A stretch of 64,000 nt of DNA from the NCBI GenBank assembly GCA_020631975.1, contig JACKGO010000001.1, positions 131,409 through 195,408 of the forward strand. The letters run 5' to 3'. Numbering within the stretch: position 1 is the stretch's first letter; each line of letters starts with the position of its first letter. The notes under the pieces are model-generated. The model was not told where the DNA came from. It saw only the letters and a list, made by a program, of their open reading frames with translations, and searched no databases. The position numbers were made by a program, and so were the translations under genes. Origin of the DNA: Candidatus Nomurabacteria bacterium (GTDB lineage Bacteria > Patescibacteriota > Saccharimonadia > Saccharimonadales > CAIOMD01). Positions 8,590 to 17,806 of the stretch are shown piece by piece.

Positions 8590-10239
8590 ATGCAATCGGT
8601 CATCAACATATTGGTTGAACATCAACTACTACTTTTATTTGTCGTCATAACACTAGGCTATGCAATCGGACGAATTAATATTTTTGGCATCAAGCTCGGA
8701 GCTGCTGCAGTATTATTTGTCGGGCTTTTTTTGAGCGCACTAGATGATCGGCTTAGTTTACCTGCTATTATTACGACACTTGGTTTAGTATTATTCGTCT
8801 ATTCAGTAGGCGTATCAAGCGGGGCTAGTTTCTTTGGTTCATTTAAAAAGTTCGGATTAAAGGACCTAGCTTTAGTATCTGCTTTCTTGCTCCTTGCTGC
8901 TGGTTTAATCGCTACCCTTACTAGTTATAGTGGTATAAACGGTGCAATAGGTACCGGTATTTTTACCGGATCACTCACGAACACTCCCGCCCTAGCGGCA
9001 TCAATTAACTTATTAGAATCTGGCCAATTCAGCGAAAGTGGTATTGTACCAACAACTCCTACTATAGGCTATTCTATTGCATACCCTTTAGGTGTAATTT
9101 TCCCGATTGTAGCAATCTTTTTTTGGCAAAAACGGTTTAGAATAGATTACAAAAAAGACATACATAAAGCAAAAGGTTTAGTGAGTGTCGGCGCAGATAT
9201 AAAAAACAAAGCCATTTGCATTACAAACGCTAGATACATTGGTCAATCAATCCGTCAGCTTAAAGATGATAATAATTGGCCTGTATTTTTTGTGCGCATA
9301 AAACGGTCTGGCAAAATACATATCATTAGTGATTTATCTACAAAGATTAAACGTGGCGATATACTGAGCGTCATTGGCACTGGAAAAGATATTGATGTAG
9401 TTGCTAAAGCTTTAGGTTCGTACACGGATGATGTTTTACAATTTGAAACATCAAATTACATCTATCGCAGAGTGTTTGTATCAGAAAAAAATATTATTGG
9501 TAAGACAATCGCAGATTTACATTTGCCAAAGCGGTATGGTGCAATTGTTACACGCATACGTCGTGGCGATGCAGACTTAGTTGCAGACAGTAATCACGTG
9601 CTCGAATACGGTGATAGAATACGGTTTGTTTCGCCTAAAGAAAACGAGCATAAAGTAGCAAAGGTCTTTGGGGATTCCTACCGGTCTATTAGTGATATCC
9701 ACCCGATGTCCATTGGTCTTGGCATATGCTTAGGTTTATTGGTAGGTATGATACCTATACATTTACCCGGTGGTATAGAGTTCGAACTAGGTGAAGCCGG
9801 TGGTCCTTTAGTAGTAGGGTTGATTTTGAGTTACTTACGCCGAACAGGACCTTTTGTCTGGACAATATCGTACAGTGCTAGCCATACAATTCGTGAGCTT
9901 GGCCTGTCTTTGATGCTTGCAGGTATTGGGGTGCGCTCTGGACAAACGTTTATAAACGGTATTCAAGATGGTAATGGTTTGCAGATTTTTCTTATTGGAG
10001 GCATCATCTCATTTATTGTTCCTATGATTTTTATACCGCTCGCCTATAAAAAATTTAAATTACCTTTTGCTGTAGTTAGTGGGATGGTATCTGCTATACA
10101 TACACAGCCAGCTGTCACGGGCTACGCTTCGCAGCAAGCAAAAAATGATCTGCCAACCTATGGCTACGTTCGATTATTTCCGCTCGCCACTATCATGAAA
10201 ATTATTGTCGCTCAAATTATGTTACTTGCACTTGTGTAA
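8590..10239 (+). CDS. AAEx/YidE-YbjL family transporter with two RCK-C (TrkA-C) domains
   Basis: 549 aa. Membrane domains flank two central TrkA-C-like segments (GQSIRQL..GDILSVIGTGKDI and GKTIADL..GDRIRFVSPKEN). Confidence 0.7.
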   Translation: MQSVINILVEHQLLLLFVVITLGYAIGRINIFGIKLGAAAVLFVGLFLSALDDRLSLPAIITTLGLVLFVYSVGVSSGASFFGSFKKFGLKDLALVSAFLLLAAGLIATLTSYSGINGAIGTGIFTGSLTNTPALAASINLLESGQFSESGIVPTTPTIGYSIAYPLGVIFPIVAIFFWQKRFRIDYKKDIHKAKGLVSVGADIKNKAICITNARYIGQSIRQLKDDNNWPVFFVRIKRSGKIHIISDLSTKIKRGDILSVIGTGKDIDVVAKALGSYTDDVLQFETSNYIYRRVFVSEKNIIGKTIADLHLPKRYGAIVTRIRRGDADLVADSNHVLEYGDRIRFVSPKENEHKVAKVFGDSYRSISDIHPMSIGLGICLGLLVGMIPIHLPGGIEFELGEAGGPLVVGLILSYLRRTGPFVWTISYSASHTIRELGLSLMLAGIGVRSGQTFINGIQDGNGLQIFLIGGIISFIVPMIFIPLAYKKFKLPFAVVSGMVSAIHTQPAVTGYASQQAKNDLPTYGYVRLFPLATIMKIIVAQIMLLALV

Positions 10240-10262
10240 GTCTACGTACAGCACAAATTACA

Positions 10263-10931
10263 TCACCTTTTTAGCATATGCAAAACAGACTTGACGGACG
10301 ATGCTTGCATACGCACTTCTGTGCTTGGTCGCGTATCGGGACCAAATGGGTATACTTCTTGTGTGCCCGTAGGTTCCAAGCCTATTTGCTGCCACCATGT
10401 CTCTGAATCAGGCAACTCATCTTTTAGGGTATATGTTGTGAGTGGTTGTTTCTTGCTAGCGTGTTCTAGGTGTGGCTGCAGCAACAGGCGTCCTATTCCC
10501 CTGCCTTGTTCTTCTGGCACGACGGCAACACCACGTATCCATAAATAGTTCTTTTTTTGTAAAGGATCTCGATGTTTTAACTGACGGATAGGCCAGCTAC
10601 CAGATGCATTATCTGCAGAATATGCATAGCCGACAGGCGTGCCATCCTTGACTGCCATTGTAAGCCGAGTATTCCAATATTGTTGGTGAGCACGTAATGT
10701 GCTACCAACTTGCGAATTAGGGTCTCCCATAGAATCGTAATAGGTCGGACGACGTCTATCGCTCCACCCTGTCATGTAGGCAATTTCTTCATCTGTACGC
10801 ATTTCATGATTTATAGCTTCGCGCATTGCTATGTAAGCAATGCTGCTTACTATATGCCAGGTTGATTGTGTTACGTATTCTACTCGGGTTTGAATAATTT
10901 CAGGTTTGGGGTATTTTGATTTGTTTGCCAT
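10263..10931 (-). CDS. GNAT family N-acetyltransferase
   Basis: IRGVAVVPEEQGRGIGRLLL is the acetyl-CoA binding motif A (Q/RxxGxG). Confidence 0.7.
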   Translation of the reverse strand: MANKSKYPKPEIIQTRVEYVTQSTWHIVSSIAYIAMREAINHEMRTDEEIAYMTGWSDRRRPTYYDSMGDPNSQVGSTLRAHQQYWNTRLTMAVKDGTPVGYAYSADNASGSWPIRQLKHRDPLQKKNYLWIRGVAVVPEEQGRGIGRLLLQPHLEHASKKQPLTTYTLKDELPDSETWWQQIGLEPTGTQEVYPFGPDTRPSTEVRMQASSVKSVLHMLKR

Positions 10932-10963
10932 AGTTACATAAGTTTACAATTGTGCACGTGTTT

Positions 10964-11608
10964 TTACAACGCATTGGGTAGAGTATGAGCCGTAACGATT
11001 CGCGGTAATGTTGCACCATCAAAGATAGCAGCCTGATTATCGTTTAGTACTATCATGTCTTGTGGCTGATACGTTTGCTTGGCAAGTTGGTTGGATTTTA
11101 TAAAACTAGGATTATCGGCATGCGGCAAAATAAAATACGGCACTAAACCGAGACCTTCATAGATTACTTCTTCTGCAAATAAGGGCTCGTCGTCTAGTTC
11201 TACACTTTTAAGTGAAATGCCCGCCAATATTGCCCCGGCGCTTTCTCCAATATATACAATTCCCTTGTGTAGTAGTGATTCAACAACACTGTCAAAATTG
11301 GCTTTTTTGCTAGCGTAGCGCAGACTAAACGTATTGCCACCAGCAACGTGTACTGCGTCGCAAGTGAGCAATTGCGCTTTAAGCTGCTGTGATGGAGTAG
11401 CTAGTAAATCAATTACGCTCGTTTTTAGCCCAAGCTCATTGTAGTACTGTTCGAGTTTGCTAATACGCACAGCCTTAGCACGCGGTATGTAATAATCTTT
11501 GGCATTCGGGATAATCGCAACTGATATTTCACCTGCTGGCTTACCGATTAATTCTATCAAATCATCAGGAGTTGGTAGGCGATATGAACTTAAATAGAGT
11601 TTTGCCAT
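10964..11608 (-). CDS. Peptidase S51 (dipeptidase E-like)
   Basis: VHVAGGNTFSL and VYIGESAGAILAG (nucleophile Ser) are typical of S51. Confidence 0.7.
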   Translation of the reverse strand: MAKLYLSSYRLPTPDDLIELIGKPAGEISVAIIPNAKDYYIPRAKAVRISKLEQYYNELGLKTSVIDLLATPSQQLKAQLLTCDAVHVAGGNTFSLRYASKKANFDSVVESLLHKGIVYIGESAGAILAGISLKSVELDDEPLFAEEVIYEGLGLVPYFILPHADNPSFIKSNQLAKQTYQPQDMIVLNDNQAAIFDGATLPRIVTAHTLPNAL

Positions 11609-11653
11609 ACCGTTATTGTACCAACTGTTGTTTGGTTAATCCTATTGATTTTA

Positions 11654-12763
11654 CTAGTCAGTAAAATGTGCAATGAATGATTGCAAGACATTATATGTTT
11701 TGTCTATCGCACTGATTTCGACATATTCATTAGGCTGGTGCATGACAGTGTCTGTTCCTGGTCCATAAATGAGCATTGGGATGTTGTTGGCAGTAAAAAA
11801 TAGTTGGTCAGACGCACCCTGAAAGACTCGAATGTCTTTTACAGCAAATTGTTTTTTTGCTATAGCGAGCAATTGACTGTCTTCTGAGCAGAGTCCATAC
11901 CCGTTTGGCTTATACGGGTAGCTATAAGTCGCACCATAAGTTGTAGCAAGTGCATCAATTGCGGCTGCGAACTGTGCACTCAGCTTTGGTGTTGTTCTGA
12001 TATCTAAGCTTACGAGCACCGATTGCGGCACGGCATTTAAAGCTTTGCTACCAACCGATTCTATGTTCGTGACGTTTATGGTTGGCTCACCAAGAATTGC
12101 ATGGGTGTAGGTGGTCTTCCAGCTTTGAGCGATTCGTGGCAGTTGCTGGATAAAATGGGCTGCTTTATGACTTGCTCGCTGCTGATATGGAAGTTCCATA
12201 GAACCATGCCCACCTTGCCCATCAAAAGTAAGTGTTACAAATATGTTACCTTTGTGCCCTATCGCGACATATGTGCTGTTGGTTGGCTCTAAAATAAAAC
12301 CTTCTACCCCGCCAGGGTATGCATTTGTAAAGTTTGGCAATACGTCGAGCACTTTTTTGGTACCCCTACCGTCGGTTTCTTCTTGCTCTACAAACATGAA
12401 CCACATATCGCAGGGTGGTTGCTGGTTGGCAAAATCGTTAGCAAGTTGCAGCATAATACCTACGCCACTTTTCATATCACTGGCGCCCAGGCCGTACAAT
12501 TTGCCATTTTTTTCTACAGCTGTTAGTGGTTGGGTTTGCCACGACGAACCAGCGGGCACAGTGTCTATATGACCATTAAAAATAAGCGCTTTCGTTTGGT
12601 CTTTACCCACAATATGTAGAACAACAGACTGCTCTATAGTCTGCACACTTCCCAGTGTAGCGACGGTTTCTTGAATATACGAGCTAATAGCTTGTTCGTT
12701 GCCAGAATCAGACGAAATACTAATCAGTTTTTTGGTGTAATTAAGGGCTTGTGCTGTCTTCAT
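11654..12763 (-). CDS. M20 family metallopeptidase (ArgE/DapE-like deacylase)
   Basis: NGHIDTVPAG and LYGLGASDMKSG metal-binding motifs; length 369 aa. Confidence 0.8.
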   Translation of the reverse strand: MKTAQALNYTKKLISISSDSGNEQAISSYIQETVATLGSVQTIEQSVVLHIVGKDQTKALIFNGHIDTVPAGSSWQTQPLTAVEKNGKLYGLGASDMKSGVGIMLQLANDFANQQPPCDMWFMFVEQEETDGRGTKKVLDVLPNFTNAYPGGVEGFILEPTNSTYVAIGHKGNIFVTLTFDGQGGHGSMELPYQQRASHKAAHFIQQLPRIAQSWKTTYTHAILGEPTINVTNIESVGSKALNAVPQSVLVSLDIRTTPKLSAQFAAAIDALATTYGATYSYPYKPNGYGLCSEDSQLLAIAKKQFAVKDIRVFQGASDQLFFTANNIPMLIYGPGTDTVMHQPNEYVEISAIDKTYNVLQSFIAHFTD

Positions 12764-12772
12764 AGGTATATT

Positions 12773-13342
12773 TTACGGGTTTTTTATCATTATGGTATCG
12801 GCGCATGGTTGTTTGAGTTTATCAAAATCACAATTTTTACAACCAGCACACTCGGCTAGTGCAGCTTGAGGAACTTCATGTAATGGAGCCTCACTATACC
12901 CTATTCTTATAAATGTGTTTAGGCTCGCTGTATTACAAAACGCCAATGCTGTTTTGCCTTCGTGTAAGGCACTTTCTGTAGCCAGCCATGCCAAAGTAGT
13001 ACCTATATGTTCATCGTGGTAGCTGCCGTGCCTGTATTCTGGTAAAACAGTAACACCCCCAATTTCTCTGACTGTATCGTCGTTGTATTGTAAAAATGAG
13101 CCACAAACACCAGCGACCACCCACTCACCCATATGCTTCACTCGTGCAATATAGACATTAATGCCGTCACGTAATTTTTCTTCAGTCAGTTCCAGCATAG
13201 GATTCTGCTGGGTAATTGCTACTAACGCTGCTAAGCGAGTTTCGGCATCACCTGGTTGATAGGTATACGGTTCGTAAAGAACTGTAGGTTCTTCAACTTG
13301 TTGTAGCCCGCTCATTGTAAGTGATTCTAGTGTTGTTGTCAT
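12773..13342 (-). CDS. Hypothetical protein, possibly acetyltransferase-like, with a Cys-rich C-terminus
   Basis: 189-aa ORF and first gene of a four-gene minus-strand cluster. IGGVTVLPEYRHGSY and FIRIGY are weakly GNAT-like. Tail reads CAGCKNCDFDKLKQPC. Confidence 0.35.
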   Translation of the reverse strand: MTTTLESLTMSGLQQVEEPTVLYEPYTYQPGDAETRLAALVAITQQNPMLELTEEKLRDGINVYIARVKHMGEWVVAGVCGSFLQYNDDTVREIGGVTVLPEYRHGSYHDEHIGTTLAWLATESALHEGKTALAFCNTASLNTFIRIGYSEAPLHEVPQAALAECAGCKNCDFDKLKQPCADTIMIKNP

Positions 13343-13360
13343 AATTGTATGGTTGATTCC

Positions 13361-13394
13361 TTAATCATTAAAAATCCCCTCTTTGTTTGAGGGG
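13361..13394 (-). terminator. Intrinsic-terminator-like hairpin inside the leader of the 12773-13342 operon (attenuator candidate)
   Basis: Minus strand reads CCCCUC-aaacaaa-GAGGGG followed by AUUUUUAAU. It sits 20-50 nt upstream of the AAGGAA SD and ATG 13342. Confidence 0.5.
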
Positions 13395-13497
13395 TGGTAT
13401 TCTTTAAATATTTTGATAATTTCAATAAATATAGATTAGCACCCAATGGTGCGACGACGGATTGCAACTGAACTATATAGTGTACTCATCAGTTACA

Positions 13498-13526
13498 ACT
13501 ATAGCACACTTGCCGCTAAATAGCAA
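13498..13526 (-). promoter_or_regulatory. Sigma-70-like promoter for the leader and operon at 12773-13342
   Basis: Minus strand TTGCTA (13526-13521), 17-nt spacer, TATAGT (13503-13498). Confidence 0.45.
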
Positions 13527-13714
13527 CATTTTTTACATATAAAAAGCGCATAGCGTATGCCTATTATTACCAATTTTTATGGGTTAGTTGTGAGCTTTTA
13601 CATGTTGTTTAACAGTTAAGAAATTGACTATAATATACGAAGATTGTATGATAGTTTTATCTTGTAGCGCCCGCTACGAGTTCTTTGACAAGCAGGCCCC
13701 TAAGGAGGCATATC

Positions 13715-14050
13715 ATGACTACGATCATAGTCACCTGTAAGTTTGAAGATTGTCGAGAAGAATGCACAATCTCGGCACAAGAGGTTGTTCTTGTGATCCA
13801 CAAGGACCCAGAAGAGAGTTTCTATAGTTTCATGTGTACGGCTTGCAAGCGGTACAATAAGAAGCAAGCCGATGAATACACCATCTCGTTGATTGAAGGG
13901 TACGTGACCGTAACTACCGTTGTGGAGCCGTCACCGGTACGCTACTTTTGCAAAGACCCTATCAGCGAGCACGATATACAGTGCTTCGTCTTTGATCTTG
14001 CAGATAACGCACTTACCGGTGCGCATATCCAAGAAGAGCTCGAAGAGTGA
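13715..14050 (+). CDS. Hypothetical 111-aa protein (GC-rich island)
   Basis: ATG 13715 is preceded by TAAGGAGG 7 nt upstream, so it is preferred over the ORF-track start at 13685. Sequence MTTIIVTCKFEDCREECTISAQ... No family recognised. Confidence 0.55.
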   Translation: MTTIIVTCKFEDCREECTISAQEVVLVIHKDPEESFYSFMCTACKRYNKKQADEYTISLIEGYVTVTTVVEPSPVRYFCKDPISEHDIQCFVFDLADNALTGAHIQEELEE

Positions 14051-14153
14051 TCGGCAGCCCATGCAGGTATAACCCGCAAGGGCAACCAGTGTACGGTAGT
14101 ACCCTGAGTGCACAATCGCCCCTACACGGCTGTGCCTGCTTATCATACCCACC

Positions 14154-14181
14154 ATGGCCGCTCCCTTAAAAGAGCGGCCAT
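14154..14181. terminator. Bidirectional hairpin between convergent genes
   Basis: Perfect 10-bp stem ATGGCCGCTC / GAGCGGCCAT with loop CCTTAAAA. Confidence 0.55.
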
Positions 14182-14185
14182 TTAC

Positions 14186-14692
14186 CTAGCTACCTAAATA
14201 TTCTTGTATGTTTAGGTAAATAGCATCCATTATTGTTTGTGGTACTGCGCGTTGGTATGGGTCATCCCAGGGAGTTTTGTAGTGTTTACCAAAGTCGTTG
14301 TCTGTAAACGTATAACCTTGCAGATAAACTGTATTTTTATAGCGTGGCCGAACATGAAAGTGCACGTGTGGTGACTGTGTGTTTGCGGTGTCTTTATATG
14401 CATCGTTCATTAAACAAGCCCAATTAAATAGGTCTGCACCATAGGCCGAACTGATAGCGTTTTCTAGTGCTATTATAACTTGATGCAAATCATCCCACTG
14501 AGCTTTAGATAATGCTGCCAAACTACGTGTATGTTTTTTAGCCGTCACGAAACTACGCCCCAAAAACTGTTGATCTGGCGCGAGACTTACCATCCACAAA
14601 TCTGTTTCTAGTAGTACATACTTAGTGTTTGGTAATAATGTACAGATTTCGCACGACTGAGTCATGTAATTATTGTAGTAGATTGTACCCAT
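14186..14692 (-). CDS. HIT (histidine triad) family nucleotide hydrolase/transferase
   Basis: HVHFHVRPRY is the HxHxHxx triad. Start taken at MGTIYYNN (14692), because the upstream part of the ORF covers terminator hairpins. Confidence 0.75.
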   Translation of the reverse strand: MGTIYYNNYMTQSCEICTLLPNTKYVLLETDLWMVSLAPDQQFLGRSFVTAKKHTRSLAALSKAQWDDLHQVIIALENAISSAYGADLFNWACLMNDAYKDTANTQSPHVHFHVRPRYKNTVYLQGYTFTDNDFGKHYKTPWDDPYQRAVPQTIMDAIYLNIQEYLGS

Positions 14693-14726
14693 AAGAAGAA
14701 CCCCTCGCCGTATTAGGTACGAGGGG
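14693..14726 (-). terminator. Intrinsic terminator downstream of pckG
   Basis: Minus strand CCCCTCG-loop-CGAGGGG followed by TTCTTCTT. A second GC hairpin, GTGGGGCCC...GGGCCCCAC, lies at 14743-14780. Confidence 0.55.
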
Positions 14727-14791
14727 TGGTGTTCGTGCTGTGGTGGGGCCCGCGGGCTTGGTAAGCCACATGGGCCCCACTCACACACTTG

Positions 14792-16600
14792 CTACGAGCG
14801 GATCAGGTTCAACCCACTACGTAGATTCTTTTGCTCTTCAAAGAGCTGCTTTGGCGGATTGCCAAAGCTCATGAAGTGCGCAGTGAGCTTTGGTAGCTCT
14901 TCTTTCCATGCCTCTGCGTCACATTCACTGAGCGGCAGAACGTCTGGCGAGGCCACGCCTTCTGCAGCAAACAGTTGGTCATTCGGAAACGGCAGGTTCC
15001 CGATTGCTGTTTGCCGCGCATTTACTGTTCCTTCGAGCCTGTCAAAGATCCAGCGCAAAACCCGTGAGTTTTCGCCAAATCCCGGCCAGATGAACCTCCC
15101 GTTTGCATCTTTGCGGAACCAGTTCACCGCAAAGATACGGGGTAGTTGCTTGCCCGGCTGGTCAAACTTCAACCAATGGGCGTAGTAGTCAGAAATGTTA
15201 TAGCCAAAGAACGGCAACATTGCTGACGGATCAAAGGCGAGCTCCCCCACCTTGTCGGTGATGGCAGCAGCGGTCGTTTCGCTGGCAACCGAAGCTGCCA
15301 TAAATACGCCCTGTTGCCAGCTTTGAGCTTCGCGCACTAACGGCACAACACTCGCACGCCTGCCACCGAACAAGATTGCCGATATCGGAACACCAACCGG
15401 ATCATTCCACTCGTCTATTAGTGCAGACGGGCAGTTTTCGATTGGCGCGGTGAACCGTGCATTGGCGTGAGCTGCCAACTTACCACTTGCAGGATCGTAC
15501 GCTTCGCCCTGCCAGTCAATCAGATTTGCTGGCGCTTCGTCTGACAGGCCTTCCCACCATACATCGCCATCACTGGTGATGCCAACGTTAGTGAAAATGA
15601 CATTGCCCTTGCGGAGCGTTTCGATTGCCACCGGGTTGGTGCTTTCGCCCGTACCGGGTGCAACCCCAAAAAAGCCCGCTTCTGGGTTGATCGCCCTCAG
15701 CGTTCCATCTTCTCCAAACCGCAGCCAGGCGATGTCATCGCCTATGGTTTCGACCTTCCAGTCTGGAATAGTCGGTACCATCATGGCAAAGTTGGTCTTG
15801 CCACAGGCACTTGGAAAGGCCGCAGCCATGTAGCGCTGCTTGCCTTCTGGGTTGGTCACCTTGATGATGGCCATATGCTCTGCCATCCAGCCTTCATCCC
15901 GTGCAATTACGCTTGCTATGCGCAGCGCAAAGCACTTTTTGCCCAACAGGGCGTTTCCACCGTAGCCACTCCCGTAAGATACGATTTCTCGCGTTTCTGG
16001 GAACTGTACAATGAACTTGTCTTCGACGTTTGGCTGGCATGGCCAGCTGGTGTCTTGTTGACCTTCAGCCAGCGGTGCACCCACTGAATGGAGTGCTTTC
16101 ACGAACTGGCCATCACTGCCCAACTCATTAAGCACGGCACTGCCCATACGCGTCATGATGCGCATGTTCATAACCACATAGGGGCTATCGGTGATTTGCA
16201 CACCAATGTAGCTCATTGGCGACCCGATTGGCCCCATACTAAAGGGGATGACATACATCGTCCTCCCCTGCATGCAGCCCGTCATGCGACGGTTGAGTTC
16301 TGCCCGCATTTCGCTAGGTTCTACCCAGTTATTGGTAGGACCTGCATCTTGCATGCGTTCAGAACAGATGAACGTGCGCTGAACCACCCGTGCAACATCG
16401 CTAGGGTGGGTCCTGCAGTAGTAGCTGTTTGGCCACTTCTGCTCATCCAGCTTGGTAAACACGCCTTTCGCGACCAGTTCGGCCGCAAGTTGGTCGTATT
16501 CTTCCTGCGAACCATCGCACCAGTGTATTGACTGTGGTGTGGTTAGCCTTGCAACTTCCATTACCCAAGCGTTAAGCTTGGCATGGAATCCACCTTCCAT
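14792..16600 (-). CDS. pckG: Phosphoenolpyruvate carboxykinase (GTP)
   Basis: 602 aa. Long blocks match the actinobacterial GTP-PEPCK as I remember it: [76 protein letters not shown] precedes the ATG. Confidence 0.95.
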   Translation of the reverse strand: MEGGFHAKLNAWVMEVARLTTPQSIHWCDGSQEEYDQLAAELVAKGVFTKLDEQKWPNSYYCRTHPSDVARVVQRTFICSERMQDAGPTNNWVEPSEMRAELNRRMTGCMQGRTMYVIPFSMGPIGSPMSYIGVQITDSPYVVMNMRIMTRMGSAVLNELGSDGQFVKALHSVGAPLAEGQQDTSWPCQPNVEDKFIVQFPETREIVSYGSGYGGNALLGKKCFALRIASVIARDEGWMAEHMAIIKVTNPEGKQRYMAAAFPSACGKTNFAMMVPTIPDWKVETIGDDIAWLRFGEDGTLRAINPEAGFFGVAPGTGESTNPVAIETLRKGNVIFTNVGITSDGDVWWEGLSDEAPANLIDWQGEAYDPASGKLAAHANARFTAPIENCPSALIDEWNDPVGVPISAILFGGRRASVVPLVREAQSWQQGVFMAASVASETTAAAITDKVGELAFDPSAMLPFFGYNISDYYAHWLKFDQPGKQLPRIFAVNWFRKDANGRFIWPGFGENSRVLRWIFDRLEGTVNARQTAIGNLPFPNDQLFAAEGVASPDVLPLSECDAEAWKEELPKLTAHFMSFGNPPKQLFEEQKNLRSGLNLIRS

Positions 16601-16762
16601 TACTACCTCCTCAGGTAGGTACTCCAGGTTTATTGGTAAACCCAGTTATTATAATTATAAAATAAATTACAGAGTTATACCAGAGGTAGTATTTACCTGT
16701 CTTTAAAATAAAAAAACTCCCAAACAAATGAGAGTATAAAAAATATTTTACATACGAATTAT

Positions 16763-16807
16763 GGTGGGCGTGGAGGTGCATAGACTATGCACACTCACAC
16801 GCCCACC
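16763..16807 (-). terminator. Long GC hairpin downstream of the 16818-17231 gene
   Basis: GGTGGGCGTG ... CACGCCCACC outer stem with a nested GTGCATAG/CTATGCAC stem. A second hairpin plus U-run lies at about 16710-16735 on the minus strand. Confidence 0.5.
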
Positions 16808-16817
16808 GCTCTGCCCG

Positions 16818-17231
16818 TCACAAATCCGGGTTGACTGACCCAGCCGGAACGACGCTTTCGTGCGTCATGTCGTTCCACTTTTTGTATTCCTGGTTACTGC
16901 GCCAAAAGTGCCATCCACTGTAGCCAAAGCTGATCAAGCCGAGTGCCACGAACAGCGACAGCAATGCATCCGGTATGTACCCCCAAAAAACTGGGTTGAC
17001 GGCCTTCTGACCCGCTAGGGCTTCTGTCTGGTACATTGTGGCCCAGGCGGTTGCCCGTAGCACGAGCATCACCATGTAGGTGCCGACGAAGGCGATGCCA
17101 GCCAGCAGGCTGGCGACCTTCTTGCGGGTTCGGGCTGGGTACTTGTCGCTCAGAGCGACAAGTACGGCTAGTGTTCCAGGTAGGAACACGCTCGCGGCCA
17201 TAACAGCCGTATTGTAGCTGGACAGTTCCAT
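16818..17231 (-). CDS. Hypothetical membrane protein (about 4 TM), very GC-rich
   Basis: 137-aa hydrophobic ORF. SD GGAGGTGG lies upstream of the ATG. Confidence 0.6.
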   Translation of the reverse strand: MELSSYNTAVMAASVFLPGTLAVLVALSDKYPARTRKKVASLLAGIAFVGTYMVMLVLRATAWATMYQTEALAGQKAVNPVFWGYIPDALLSLFVALGLISFGYSGWHFWRSNQEYKKWNDMTHESVVPAGSVNPDL

Positions 17232-17340
17232 TTATTTCCACCTCCGTATGTAAACGAACAAAGCGGTATTATAATAGCATAAAATGAAATATATGCAATA
17301 TATACGTATATCTACCCAGTAAATAGATAAATATGAAAAA

Positions 17341-17410
17341 GCCCGCAAAAAGTACGCCGGCTGGAAATAGCTGCTTTTCTAGCGTTTATTTCCGGGCTTT
17401 TTCTGCGGGC
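17341..17410 (-). terminator. Extended hairpin plus U-tract downstream of the 17420-17671 gene
   Basis: Minus strand GCCCGCAGAAAAAGCCCGGAAATA...TATTTCC.GCCGG...TTTTTGCGGGC followed by TTTTT. Confidence 0.45.
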
Positions 17411-17419
17411 AGTTGCCCC

Positions 17420-17671
17420 CTACTCCATTGTAATCGTCACGTCGTGACCCAACATACCGAACTTGCCTAGTTGTGCTAAGTCTTGCCTGAGCGTTCGGAC
17501 TTGGTGATCGTTGCGCAGCGTCACGTGGACCGATTCTCTGTCACACGGTACGACGGACGCAAAGTGACCACTTTCTGTGAGTGTTGCATCAAGAAGACGC
17601 ATGTGGGCAGGGTCTACGCTAAGTACCCAATCCCTTTTGCTTACTCCTTTAGAGACCATGATATGTACCAT
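17420..17671 (-). CDS. Hypothetical 83-aa protein (GC-rich island)
   Basis: ORF only; no motif recognised. Confidence 0.4.
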   Translation of the reverse strand: MVHIMVSKGVSKRDWVLSVDPAHMRLLDATLTESGHFASVVPCDRESVHVTLRNDHQVRTLRQDLAQLGKFGMLGHDVTITME

Positions 17672-17806
17672 GATTACTCTTTCTACTAGAGATGATATAG
17701 GACGTAGTCTAGTATACCATATTTACAAGAAAAAGCACACTTTAGCCCCACTACTGTTATATGTGAACGGTACTGCTTATGGTATATTTATGGTAAAGGA
17801 GAACAC

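Noticed and set aside
13485-13492. CUGAUGAG on the minus strand, the hammerhead ribozyme core motif
   Set aside because: No matching GAAA/CGAAAC element or three-stem junction follows. The motif also sits at or before the predicted transcription start.
13343-13526. T-box identity for the leader
   Set aside because: The leader is too short. It has no AGAGA or specifier-loop arrangement, and the GGGUGC segment does not match the T-box GGGUGGUACCGCG core.
13715-14050. Possible SsgA-like (actinobacterial cell-division) identity of the 111-aa protein
   Set aside because: Only vague pattern similarity (DP.., hydrophobic alternation). The length and key blocks do not match from memory, and the idea is not supportable without a profile search.
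14859-16706. Several plus-strand ORFs of 64-147 aa (14859-15185, 15576-15833, 15875-16087, 16088-16531, 16452-16706) and the minus-strand ORF 16321-16515
   Set aside because: All lie inside or antisense to pckG. They are Arg/Pro/Ala-rich shadow ORFs of the kind expected in GC-rich coding DNA. pckG itself is unambiguous.
16894-17241. 115-aa alternative-frame ORF overlapping the 16818-17231 membrane protein gene
   Set aside because: Its product is Arg/Gly-rich and looks like nonsense. The other frame gives clean TM helices and has a well-placed GGAGGTGG SD.
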